Shown in pieces: positions 55,361 to 64,000 of a DNA stretch of 64,000 nucleotides. A program made the position numbers and the translations under genes. The DNA comes from Verrucomicrobiota bacterium. GTDB lineage: Bacteria; Verrucomicrobiota; Verrucomicrobiia; Chthoniobacterales; Chthoniobacteraceae. Location of the stretch: positions 1,357 through 65,356 of the forward strand of contig QQND01000005.1 of the NCBI GenBank assembly GCA_003402745.1, in the 5' to 3' direction. Each line of letters begins with the position of its first letter. Within the stretch, counting starts at the first letter, position 1. The notes beneath the pieces were generated by a model that saw only the letters and a list, made by a program, of their open reading frames with translations, did not search any database and had not been told where the DNA came from.

Positions 55361-57454
55361 CTACTTCGCATCCATCTTCCAGACACCTCTCCAATCCGGA
55401 GGTGGGTTGAGCGCCAGTTGTTGACAACGTTCCCCGAGCGTTTGGCTCGCACCGTCAGAGTACGTCCGATGCAACCCTTCAAAGGCCGCTTGCGCCTCGG
55501 CAAAGTGTCCCTCGGAATACAGGGCATATGCGGCGGTATAGGCCTCGCACAACTGGGCATAGTTAGGAGGCGTGCAGGGATTTTCGCATTCCAATAATTC
55601 GATCGGCTCTGTCTTTCCTTTCACAATGGCCCTGTCCACCAGACGGTGGATCCCGGGATTGGTGAACTGCGAAAAAGTGTCCCGTGAAACGAGCAAGCGC
55701 ACCCCGTAGTACTTGGTCAGCGATTCGATGCGCGAGGCGGCGTTCACACTGTCTCCCACCAACCCGTAGTCCAACCGCTTTGCGGAACCCTTGTTGCCGA
55801 CGAGCACCCGCCCGCTGTGAAGCGCCACGCCGTACCCGAAGATCTCGAGAATCTCCTTTGAAAAGGAGGCCCGCAACGCTTCCATAGCTGTTATCAGTGC
55901 ATAAGCCGCCCGCAAGGCCCGGTCGGCCGCGTCCGGTTGGGGCTTCGGGGCCCCCCAATAGCTCAGGAACTGATCCCCCAGAAAGTGCTCAAGGTTTCCC
56001 TGCTCCTTCATGATGGCATTCGTCTGCGCCTCGAAGACTTTATTGAGCAGGTCAAACATCCCCTGCGGACCGAGGATCTCCGCCAGGGGCGTGGAATTTC
56101 GCAGGTCCGTGAGCAGGAGCGTCACGTCCGCGTGTTTGGGCTGCATCGAACCGGGATCCGCAAGAACCGCCTCCAGAACCGTGGGCGAAAAATAGAGCCC
56201 CATCGTGTGCTTGAGTTTCACGCGGTCGATCCGTTCCCGAAAAAAGTCATAAAAAAGGATGAGCACACCTCCCCCCATCAACGCGAAAAGGGGCGCCGCC
56301 ACAGGGACCATCCAGCCCAACTTGTCGTAACACCACTGCGCCAGCACCCAGTAGCTAGCGACACTCATGACAACGGTGCCCAGCCTCTGCATAGGCTGGA
56401 AGTTGTGGAAAGAGAGCGCCCCCGCGAGCATCCCCGACATGAGAATAATGAGCACCACAACCGCTTTGGGGGGTTCCCACAGAAACTGTTTTTGAAGCGC
56501 CGCCGCAAGGATGTTCAGATGCACCTCGGGGCCGTTCATCTGGCGCTGGGTGAAAGGGGTGTCGTGTTCGTCGTGGAAAATCCCAGCCGTCGGACCGATC
56601 AGCACGATTTTATCCCGAAAAAAGGACCCGTTTTCGTAGTTTTTTTCCCAGACTTGGGGAATCAGTACGTCGCCGATGGGATGTATTTTATAGCCCATTC
56701 CAGGCTCGCTGCCATACCGGAAGCGGGTTAGATCAAACGTGGGGGGTATCGTATCTGGCCTTCCAAATTTTTGCAGCACCCGGGAGGCGAGGGACTCCAT
56801 CACGGCGGTCTCCTCCACCACAAAACCCGCCTGCGCTCCCGTTTGGCGAAACCGGGTGCGTCTGACCACTCCGTCGGGGTCCTTGGGAATGTTCACGTAG
56901 GCGACCCTGTCGTCCTGCACGAGCGCCTCGTTGTCGGCAGCGGGCAGCACCACAGAGTTCGGGGAGATGAGGTGCAGGAAATCACCACGGTCGGCCTTCT
57001 GCGTGCTCAGCGTGCAGCCGATGACTACCTTGTCCTTGTGCTTGGCTAAGGCCTCCGCCAAGCGCGCGTCTCCCATGTTCGGCGAGCCAAACACCAAATC
57101 GAAAGCGATCACCTTCGCGCCGGCCCCGACAAGTTTGTCCGTGAGCTCCGCCCAAACTGCGCGCGACCACGGGAAATCTTTCTGCAACTCCCTTAAGATA
57201 GGAGCGCCCTCCAAATCCTCGTCCTTGAAATCACTAGCCGGATAGTTGGGTCGGTCAATCCCGATGAGTACCAGCTCAGGAGAGACCAGGGTTTTCCTTC
57301 CCAACCGGGTGCGGACATCCCCGGTAAAAACTTCCAAATCCCGCAAAGGAGCATAGGAAATGCCCTCAATCAAACCAGAGAGCAAAAGCGCCAGAATCGA
57401 ACATCCTAGGCAGATGCCGATGAAAGCTTGGCGGCGGTCGATTTCGTGACTCAT
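55361..57454 (-). CDS. CHASE2 sensor domain + class III adenylate/guanylate cyclase, with a short helical C-terminal tail
   Basis: The N-terminal TM and CHASE2-like periplasmic region is followed by 3 TM helices. Cyclase blocks 'VTLLLTDLRNST', 'FLGDQFLSYWGAP' and 'GLVGDSVNAASRIES'. Confidence 0.85.
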   Translation of the reverse strand: MSHEIDRRQAFIGICLGCSILALLLSGLIEGISYAPLRDLEVFTGDVRTRLGRKTLVSPELVLIGIDRPNYPASDFKDEDLEGAPILRELQKDFPWSRAVWAELTDKLVGAGAKVIAFDLVFGSPNMGDARLAEALAKHKDKVVIGCTLSTQKADRGDFLHLISPNSVVLPAADNEALVQDDRVAYVNIPKDPDGVVRRTRFRQTGAQAGFVVEETAVMESLASRVLQKFGRPDTIPPTFDLTRFRYGSEPGMGYKIHPIGDVLIPQVWEKNYENGSFFRDKIVLIGPTAGIFHDEHDTPFTQRQMNGPEVHLNILAAALQKQFLWEPPKAVVVLIILMSGMLAGALSFHNFQPMQRLGTVVMSVASYWVLAQWCYDKLGWMVPVAAPLFALMGGGVLILFYDFFRERIDRVKLKHTMGLYFSPTVLEAVLADPGSMQPKHADVTLLLTDLRNSTPLAEILGPQGMFDLLNKVFEAQTNAIMKEQGNLEHFLGDQFLSYWGAPKPQPDAADRALRAAYALITAMEALRASFSKEILEIFGYGVALHSGRVLVGNKGSAKRLDYGLVGDSVNAASRIESLTKYYGVRLLVSRDTFSQFTNPGIHRLVDRAIVKGKTEPIELLECENPCTPPNYAQLCEAYTAAYALYSEGHFAEAQAAFEGLHRTYSDGASQTLGERCQQLALNPPPDWRGVWKMDAK

Positions 57455-57541
57455 GGCAATAAACTTAAGGAACTCCGGCGCCGGCGCCGTAAGCCGTCTC
57501 CCGGGATCTCCGACTTCGTCCCCGGGATTGGAGAGAAGGTT

Positions 57542-58537
57542 TTAAAATTGTATCCTCAGGGACATGCCCAACCCAGTATCCACCTTCTGGTAGTCTTCAA
57601 TAGTGACGTCGCTGGAATCACGCGCCTCGAAATTCGCAAAGGTGCGTAGACTGAGGTCGTTGGTCAGGGCATAAGCAAGGACCAGTCCCACCGAATGAAT
57701 GACGTCCTTGCGCTGGTGATTGCGCGTGTACTGGGTCAACTGCGCCCGGTAAAACGGTTGGAAAACCAACCCCTGCAAAAGTTCCCGTGTGTAACTGATC
57801 GTGGCCGATTCATCCACCCGGTCATAGTGGTCCGTATACGGGGCGTCCACATGCGAGATGTGCCCGCCGACACCGAGACTTGCCGAGAACGCCGACTTCT
57901 TACCCAGTGCAAAGGACCTTTGAAGGCTCACGTTGGGGGCGAATTCGCTATAGAACTCTTCGTAGGTGCCTCCCTCAGCGCTCAGCAACCGGTTGTGATC
58001 GAGCCCCACCATGGCCACCCATTTTTCGTGAAACAGGTACCGCCACTGCATGAAAAAAGAACTCACGTCAAAATCGGAGTCATTGATGAAACTTTCGTTT
58101 CCCCCAGTTGCAATCCCGTAGTTGAACTTTTGGTGGCGGTACCCAAGCTTTGTGGACAACTCGCCTCCAGGAACCTGCCAGGCGGGGGGCGTCAAGGCGG
58201 CTTGCACCGTCGAAATCATCAGGGACGTTTCAATTTTTTCACCCTCGTACTGAGTCGCGTTTGAGGTGGACCCAAACTGGACGTCCGTGGAGGCCTCCAA
58301 CCAAGAATGGCGGGCCTTCTGGCGGATGAGCACCTGCGGGCCGACATCCTTGTCTTCGTCCTCATACAGGGAGGAAATCGCTTCGGGTGCGGGCGTTTGC
58401 AAGCGGGGGATCAAGTTCAAACGCTCGACCTGCTGGGCGGCGGAATCAATGCGGTTTTGAGCGAAACTGATTCCCGAGAGTGCGCCAAGGGCAGCGAGCG
58501 CCAGGGCGGGACCGCGGAGGGGAAAGAATGACTTCAT
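57542..58537 (-). CDS. Outer-membrane beta-barrel protein
   Basis: Signal peptide 'LALAALGALSGISFA'. Alternating amphipathic strands. The C-terminus ends in '...GLGMSLRIQF' (terminal Phe). Confidence 0.65.
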   Translation of the reverse strand: MKSFFPLRGPALALAALGALSGISFAQNRIDSAAQQVERLNLIPRLQTPAPEAISSLYEDEDKDVGPQVLIRQKARHSWLEASTDVQFGSTSNATQYEGEKIETSLMISTVQAALTPPAWQVPGGELSTKLGYRHQKFNYGIATGGNESFINDSDFDVSSFFMQWRYLFHEKWVAMVGLDHNRLLSAEGGTYEEFYSEFAPNVSLQRSFALGKKSAFSASLGVGGHISHVDAPYTDHYDRVDESATISYTRELLQGLVFQPFYRAQLTQYTRNHQRKDVIHSVGLVLAYALTNDLSLRTFANFEARDSSDVTIEDYQKVDTGLGMSLRIQF

Positions 58538-58553
58538 GAAAATACGCCCTCGG

Positions 58554-60608
58554 CTAAGGAGTTCTCTGCTGGACGCTCATGTTGGTAATTCGAGAGCCGT
58601 CGGACCGTTGAATATCATTCGTCGTAGAGGTGCTCTTGATCAGATCGCCTCCATATTTCACTCCACTGATGAAGTTAACCTGAAAAGGCCTCGAACGCTG
58701 GTTTGTGTTTGGCAAAGCTGCGAGCACTCCGTCTCTGGAGGCCAACCGAACCGTGGATCCGTCCTGAAAGTCGACGTTTGTCAGGTTGATCGTTCTCGCA
58801 TCCAGGGAAATGCTGGCCGCATTCAACTTCGTCGCAGGCACAGTGCTGGCGATGTTGATGTCCCCGCCGGCCACCATTTTCAAAGTGGAATTCGGAGCCG
58901 TGAACTCCCTCGCCCAAGCTTCATTAATGAAAATATTAGTAATGGCGCTCATCAAAACATTGCCCCTCGCGTAAACGCTCGTGTCTGCGGCGGTTATGGA
59001 GCTTCCTGCGATTTCAACCGAACCGGAACGGTTAAACACAACGGTCTTTGTGAGCTCTATCGTCGGAGACACGGAGGCGTCTGCGAGGCCAAGAACAAAG
59101 GCCTCGGATTTTATATTTAAGAGCGTTTTGTTCACCGTCACGGATCTGCCCTGGATCAAGAGCAGCTTTTCTGTCGCTACAGGTCCCTGAGCACCGGCGA
59201 GTTCAGAGGTGAGTTGTGTCAGACTGGGCCCACCCGGCTCGGAAAGGCTCATTGGCGTGGGGCCGCTCAGATTCAGGGCGGCGTCCGTTCTTGCATCGTC
59301 CAAGAGAACCGTTCCGGTGGCTGCGATGATTTTCAAGTCGATGCGCAGATCGGGGAACAGAAACTCCGCGATACTTCCACCACCGGTGAAGTGCTCTAGC
59401 AGAGGAGGCAGCGACTCACCCGGCAGCAAGGGTGTGGTTGGCGGAAGGGCGGGATCCAGTCCCCTTACCTCCAGGTTGTTTGCGAGCAGCAACCGCGCGG
59501 ATTTGTCCCCGTAATTCAGTTTCAGTTTGCTGTAACTTGACTCGCCAAAGACGGAGGCGAGGGACTGCGGCACGCTGGACCCTGGGGACAACTTAAGGCG
59601 GCTCAATAACTCGTTAAAACTCAGAGGGGTTTTCCCGGAACCAAACAGGCTCGACCCAGGCTCTTTCCCATGCTGGCCCAACACCCCCACATTCTGACCC
59701 AGGGCAAAACTGATGGCGGCGTCCATTGCAATGTCGATATTGATCCCCTTCACAGCTTCACTAGGACGCAGCACATCCGCCCTGCGCAGCGGCGGCGACT
59801 CGTTGCCCTCCTCCATCAGGTGTTCGCCCCGCACCCTGAGGCGGGTGGGTTCCGCCCGGCCGTCAGCAATCATTCGCTCTTGCTTCTCCACCGAGGCCAG
59901 CACCTTGCCTTCGGAGGCCACCGGAGCGCGAAATCCCTTCAGCAAACTAGAACCTGCCACCTGGTCTTTCAGACGGAAGTTGAGCACCGGTCCAAATTCC
60001 GCTTTCCCCGGGGAGACCACGGTTAACTGGCCCGCCGTGACGGCGATGGAATCACCGTTAGAGAGCGTGGCCTTGGCCTTGCCCTCGAGAACCAGCAGCT
60101 TGAATCCTCCGCTGGTAGTTGCTGTGACGATGAGCGTGGTTCCCATCACGGCCGCCTGAGCGCCCTCGGAGGAAATCACGCCCCCGCCCTTCCCCGTAGG
60201 TGAATGGAAAAGCAGACTGCCTTTCTGAAGCTTGACCTCTCTTTTGTCCGCCGCAAAGGAGAACACCGTGTTGGCACCGACGCGAGTCACGGTGCCGTCG
60301 GGGGCGATGAGTTCCGCCCTAGAATTTGCCCCAGTGGAGACCTGATCCGGCACTTTGAAAGCTTCGTTAACTACCGCCGGCCGTGAACGCTGGGTAGTGG
60401 CGTCAATCACCATCACCTTATCCACGACCTCGCTGAACTTGAGCGCGTTAAAATTCCCAGGCGCCGCACCAAAAGCCGGGGAGCCCAAAACGGGAAGAGC
60501 AAGCAACGCCGCGGTGATCTGACGCCGGTGAGTGGCGAGAGGGGCGATAAAAGAGAAGATCATAACGGCGAGAAAGGTTGAGCGGGTGGCGGGGCGAGCA
60601 CCAATCAT
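58554..60608 (-). CDS. FecR-domain secreted protein with a long beta-rich C-terminal region
   Basis: FecR-like 'STGANSRAELIAPDGTVTRVGANTVFSF...KLQKGSLLFHSP...AAVMGTTLIVT...LLVLEGKAKA'. Confidence 0.7.
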   Translation of the reverse strand: MIGARPATRSTFLAVMIFSFIAPLATHRRQITAALLALPVLGSPAFGAAPGNFNALKFSEVVDKVMVIDATTQRSRPAVVNEAFKVPDQVSTGANSRAELIAPDGTVTRVGANTVFSFAADKREVKLQKGSLLFHSPTGKGGGVISSEGAQAAVMGTTLIVTATTSGGFKLLVLEGKAKATLSNGDSIAVTAGQLTVVSPGKAEFGPVLNFRLKDQVAGSSLLKGFRAPVASEGKVLASVEKQERMIADGRAEPTRLRVRGEHLMEEGNESPPLRRADVLRPSEAVKGINIDIAMDAAISFALGQNVGVLGQHGKEPGSSLFGSGKTPLSFNELLSRLKLSPGSSVPQSLASVFGESSYSKLKLNYGDKSARLLLANNLEVRGLDPALPPTTPLLPGESLPPLLEHFTGGGSIAEFLFPDLRIDLKIIAATGTVLLDDARTDAALNLSGPTPMSLSEPGGPSLTQLTSELAGAQGPVATEKLLLIQGRSVTVNKTLLNIKSEAFVLGLADASVSPTIELTKTVVFNRSGSVEIAGSSITAADTSVYARGNVLMSAITNIFINEAWAREFTAPNSTLKMVAGGDINIASTVPATKLNAASISLDARTINLTNVDFQDGSTVRLASRDGVLAALPNTNQRSRPFQVNFISGVKYGGDLIKSTSTTNDIQRSDGSRITNMSVQQRTP

Positions 60609-60649
60609 TCGGCAGCAGGCCCTAGTGAGTCAGTCGACTCAGGAGAAAT

Positions 60650-63163
60650 TCATTTTCTATTCGAATCCGAATTGCCGGAGAGAACCAACTGCAGGAGTTC
60701 ATCCCCAGTATAACGATCGGCGGCATCGTGCGGGCAGGCGGAGACGCAACGCGGTTCGGGGATGTCTTTTTCCCCCTCCGCATCGCAAAGGTCGCAAGCC
60801 ACGGCCTTCGGTTGGGCCAAGCGCAGGGTCTGGCCGGGCTGAGCCGAAACCTGCTGTACCAGCGCATTTTCATTGGGCACCATAAAGATGCTGCCGTAAG
60901 GGCAATTGTTGGCGCAGAGACCGCAGCCGATGCAGTGGTCTTCAATGACGATCTGCAGATGTTTGCCCCTGTGAATGGAGTCAACGGGGCAGCCCACCAT
61001 GCAGTGGGCTTCCACGCACGAGCGACAGGAGGTCGCCACCATGAAGTTGCCCAACCGCATGCCATCTCGAAGTAGGCGAGTCACAGGCACTCCATGGGAA
61101 TGGGTGCCGTGTTGCTCCACGCAGCCTTTGGTGCATTCGTCGCAGCGGATGCAAAGGTCCATGTTCAGGGCCAGAATACTGCGCCCCTCGTAGAGCCCTT
61201 GGCCCACGTAATTGTCGAGGATCGGATCCGAATGGTTATCCCCCTTCAAGAAGTTCAGGGAACGCACAATCAGGTTGCGGCGCAACGTGGGAAAGGCGCG
61301 CAGCATGGGTAAGAAGTCCTCGCGGCTCAGCCGAGCCACCTCCAATTGTCCGAGCGCCGAGCAACTCGCCGAGCGAACTCCCTTGGGGAGTACTTTGGCG
61401 AGGTCGACCGCGTCCTGATTGAGGACCTCCACCAAGGAACGCTCCACTTCCTCCGCGCTCCGGTCGGCGTCGCCCGCGTCCAAGCCAAGCATGCCGATTT
61501 CGCCAATCAGCCCGCCCGGCCCGCGTGAAACCACCCTAGACTCCTGCTCGTAGCGGCGAATCCCGATGCGCGTATACCCCAAACGTACGATGTAAAGACA
61601 GTCTGCGGGATCCCCCTGATTGAAGAGCACCTGGCCGGGGTTAATCTTTAAAAAACGAATGCGCGGGCGCATGTAATCGATGAGCCGCGCGTATTCCTCC
61701 TTGGGAATCCCCTCGAAGATGCTCAGGGACTGCAACGCGAGGTTGAGCGAACGCTCCCGGTAGGCGGATTCAAACTTCTGGCGCTGGCTGGGCAGGCGCA
61801 TCAGACGATCCAGGACATTTCGGCGGATCTCCCAAACCTCGCCGTCCTCAAGAACCTTGAGGTCCGCGCTTCTGGGCGAACCACTCAGACAGGACATTTC
61901 GCCCACAATCACATCGGCGGGAGTGACCTCGACCTCAAAGACCACCTCCTTGCTCGACTTCGCCATCCAGGCGCTGAAAAAGCCCTTCTTGTCAGGCGCC
62001 GTAGGCTTGTAAACCGTGGTTTGATAACGGCCCGAGCGCAGGATAAAAGCCGTGTTCCCGGGTTCGCCCTGATGCACCAGAAGACTACCCGCGCTCACTT
62101 TGCGCCGCAGGACCAGTCCCTCCTGCCACAGCAAAAACTTGGGCGGCACTCCTGCAAACAAGGGGTCCTTAAGAAGTTCTGCAGCGGAAATTTTCTCCAC
62201 CGTCCCCTGCCTAGGCACCGCCTTCACCGAGGCAACCGGATTAAAGGTGATGGCGCTGGTAGGGCAAGAAATCATGCATTCCCCACACTGCACGCAGCCG
62301 CTTTCACCCATGGGTTCGTCCAGGTCAAACCCGATGGAAGCGTGGGCGCCCTTGCCAGTGCGGCCGATGATATTGTTGCCCTTCACCTCGTTGCAGGCGC
62401 GCACGCAGCGGTCGCAAAGCACGCAGGCGCTGTGATCGGTCACAAACACGGGCGACGAAGTATCAACACGCTGCCTGTGGGCAATGGCCTCCGGTTGGAG
62501 CGGTGCGAAAACTTCGCTTTTAAGGCGCGAAGGGTCGGCGCCACAGCGCGACAACAGACGGCCCAGTTCGTTGAAAGGGGCCAGCTCCTTGTCCAGTTCT
62601 GCACGGGGCGCAGGTTTGAGGTGGTCGACCGCCAGCAACTCGGTGAGCGTCTTGACAGATTTCCGCACCCGTTCACCGTCGGGACCGGCGTCCTGCATGG
62701 TGAAAACCTCCATCCCCTCCTTGACCTGGTGCTGACAGGCAGGAAGCAACTTCCGTTCGGCCGCGCGTTTGCCGCGCTTCTGCCCATAAATTTGAACCAC
62801 ACAAAGCCTGCATACCGCCACAGGCTTCATGTGCGCCTGATGGCACAACACGGGGATCGGTATTTTAACCTCGTCGCCCGGTTGTTTGACGTAAAGTTTG
62901 GTGGCTGCATCGTAAATGGTGGTGTAGCGGGGCGTGGTGCGGCCCTCCAGATCGAGGATGATGTTCCCATTGGCATCCTGAGAAGGCTCCGCCATCGGCA
63001 CCGTCACGCTCTGGCCGTCAATCTGCAAGGTGATGTTCCTGCCGTAATCCCGCTCCACAGGGGCGTCCAAACGCACCAACTGCCCGTTGATATCACGGCT
63101 GAAGAGGCCTTCGTCTTCGTCTTCGCGGGCCAGGGTCGCGGGAAAGTCGGTTGTCGGTAACAT
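60650..63163 (-). CDS. Fe-S protein: NuoG-N-terminal-like 2Fe-2S/4Fe-4S + two cNMP-binding (CAP-effector) domains + DmsB-like poly-4Fe-4S domain
   Basis: 'ITLQIDGQSV...VLCHQ...CRLCVV...LLPACQ'. 'HSACVLCDRCVRAC'. 'CVQCGECMISCP'. cNMP phosphate-binding cassettes 'GEMSCLSGSPRSADL' and 'GEIGML...VRSASCSA'. C-terminal 'CIRCDECTKGC', 'CRSCVEAHCMVGCP', 'CIGCGLCANNCP' and 'CDLCDA...CVSACP'. Confidence 0.8.
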   Translation of the reverse strand: MLPTTDFPATLAREDEDEGLFSRDINGQLVRLDAPVERDYGRNITLQIDGQSVTVPMAEPSQDANGNIILDLEGRTTPRYTTIYDAATKLYVKQPGDEVKIPIPVLCHQAHMKPVAVCRLCVVQIYGQKRGKRAAERKLLPACQHQVKEGMEVFTMQDAGPDGERVRKSVKTLTELLAVDHLKPAPRAELDKELAPFNELGRLLSRCGADPSRLKSEVFAPLQPEAIAHRQRVDTSSPVFVTDHSACVLCDRCVRACNEVKGNNIIGRTGKGAHASIGFDLDEPMGESGCVQCGECMISCPTSAITFNPVASVKAVPRQGTVEKISAAELLKDPLFAGVPPKFLLWQEGLVLRRKVSAGSLLVHQGEPGNTAFILRSGRYQTTVYKPTAPDKKGFFSAWMAKSSKEVVFEVEVTPADVIVGEMSCLSGSPRSADLKVLEDGEVWEIRRNVLDRLMRLPSQRQKFESAYRERSLNLALQSLSIFEGIPKEEYARLIDYMRPRIRFLKINPGQVLFNQGDPADCLYIVRLGYTRIGIRRYEQESRVVSRGPGGLIGEIGMLGLDAGDADRSAEEVERSLVEVLNQDAVDLAKVLPKGVRSASCSALGQLEVARLSREDFLPMLRAFPTLRRNLIVRSLNFLKGDNHSDPILDNYVGQGLYEGRSILALNMDLCIRCDECTKGCVEQHGTHSHGVPVTRLLRDGMRLGNFMVATSCRSCVEAHCMVGCPVDSIHRGKHLQIVIEDHCIGCGLCANNCPYGSIFMVPNENALVQQVSAQPGQTLRLAQPKAVACDLCDAEGEKDIPEPRCVSACPHDAADRYTGDELLQLVLSGNSDSNRK

Positions 63164-63175
63164 GAAAAAGGCCTC

Positions 63176-64000
63176 CTAGGATTGGGGTTGCGGTTTTGCC
63201 ACAGGAGCAGTGAGGTGTTTGGCGACGTCCTCTGGGAAGAAATTCACGAGCGAGCGCAAGGGCGCGGGCACCGACCGGCCAAGGCCGCATATGGAGGAGA
63301 GTTCGATCGCGCCCAGGAGATCCTTCATCAGAGGCAGCAACTCTTCCTTCCAGGTCGTGGCGTCTATCTTCCCGGCGTACAGGCTGTCCGCAAGCGAAGT
63401 CATTTTCTGGGACCCCAACCGGCAAGGCACACATTTGCCGCAGGATTCGTTCCGATAGAACTCCATCGAATAGAGCGTCTGCTCGGCCATGTCGCGCCCT
63501 TCCGCGTAGACCACAAGCCCGGCCCCCAGCGCCTGCGTCGGGCTTAGAGCGCGGAAAAGGTTCAGCTCCAGCTCGAGATCCAGAATGTCGATCTCGAGGC
63601 TGGCAGGGTCGACCCCACGGCGGGCGGCGAGGGCAATCCACGCCTTGTTGTTCACGTGGTCACGAGGTAAACCGGCCCCCGCTTTGAGTTTGGCAGGAAG
63701 GAACCCGCCAGAGGGACCGGAGGGTGCAAACGCCTTCATCGGCAAATCCCCGACGATCCCCCCACAATAGCTCTCGCCGTAGATGAGCTCGCGCAAAGTC
63801 ATCCCCATCGGAACCTCGTAGACCCCCGGCTTTTTCACATCCCCAGAAATGGAGAAGAAACGCCGCCCCTTCCATCCGTTGACCCCGAGCCCGGCATACG
63901 TGGCCCCTCCTTTGGCAAAAATGTAGGGCATCCAACCGTAGGTCTCCACGTTGCTGACGATGGTCGGAAGGTCCTGCAGTCCGTTCGTCTCTAGCTTCGG
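63176..64000 (-). CDS. NuoF-like (51-kDa NADH dehydrogenase flavoprotein-type) subunit, 5' end beyond window
   Basis: The frame stays open to base 64000 ('...VSNVETYGWMPYIF'). SLBB-like 'GDVKKPGVYEVPMGMTLRELI'. 4Fe-4S motif 'ESCGKCVPCRLG'. Confidence 0.8.
   Translation of the reverse strand, partial: PKLETNGLQDLPTIVSNVETYGWMPYIFAKGGATYAGLGVNGWKGRRFFSISGDVKKPGVYEVPMGMTLRELIYGESYCGGIVGDLPMKAFAPSGPSGGFLPAKLKAGAGLPRDHVNNKAWIALAARRGVDPASLEIDILDLELELNLFRALSPTQALGAGLVVYAEGRDMAEQTLYSMEFYRNESCGKCVPCRLGSQKMTSLADSLYAGKIDATTWKEELLPLMKDLLGAIELSSICGLGRSVPAPLRSLVNFFPEDVAKHLTAPVAKPQPQS

Noticed and set aside
55937-56731. 264-aa plus-strand ORF (similarly 49845..50636 and 20279..21043)
   Set aside because: Antisense shadow ORFs opposite well-supported genes (cyclase, lipoprotein/wHTH gene, MFS/GH13), with low-complexity Arg/Pro/His-rich translations.
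62021-63160. 379-aa plus-strand ORF
   Set aside because: Antisense to the Fe-S/cNMP gene, whose Cys-cluster and CAP motifs are clear. The ORF product is Arg/Ala/Gly/His-rich with no motifs.

Overview
GC-rich bacterial chromosomal segment. The protein architectures (giant secreted multidomain protein, SHD1/DUF1570, DUF3500, FHA-kinase-WD40, CHASE2 cyclase, many TPR and lipoproteins) suggest a PVC-superphylum organism, Verrucomicrobiota/Planctomycetota-like; this is inference from gene content only. I can support about 44 protein-coding genes, one decayed Rpn/YhgA-type nuclease remnant, one clear intrinsic terminator and a few regulatory or repeat elements. I saw no rRNA, tRNA, CRISPR array or intact mobile element. 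Main points: (1) A 15-kb run of minus-strand genes (43575 down to 28515) starts with a C30-type carotenoid glycoside-ester set and an Fe-S (6-4)-type photolyase joined by ATGA overlaps. It is transcribed divergently from a CarH-type (MerR + B12-binding, Wx9EH) regulator. The shared intergenic region holds three tandem 11-bp repeats that fit the CarH operator pattern. Further down the same strand lie a stand-alone bacterial nitric-oxide synthase oxygenase, a PLP decarboxylase, a D-2-hydroxyacid dehydrogenase and an SDR. (2) A minus-strand array (64000 down to 55361) encodes a NuoF-like flavoprotein, an 837-aa Fe-S protein with two cyclic-nucleotide-binding domains inserted between NuoG-like and DmsB-like cluster domains, a FecR-domain protein, a beta-barrel OMP and a CHASE2 class III nucleotide cyclase. 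(3) rho carries an N-terminal extension of about 400 aa that contains 13 perfect 12-bp (E-R-S-G) tandem repeats. It is preceded by a 917-bp non-coding gap with a C-rich, G-poor leader. (4) A 2186-aa secreted protein has a metzincin-like motif and a tandemly duplicated PKD + beta-propeller module. Functional calls rest on motifs I recognised by eye in the supplied translations. No database search was run.
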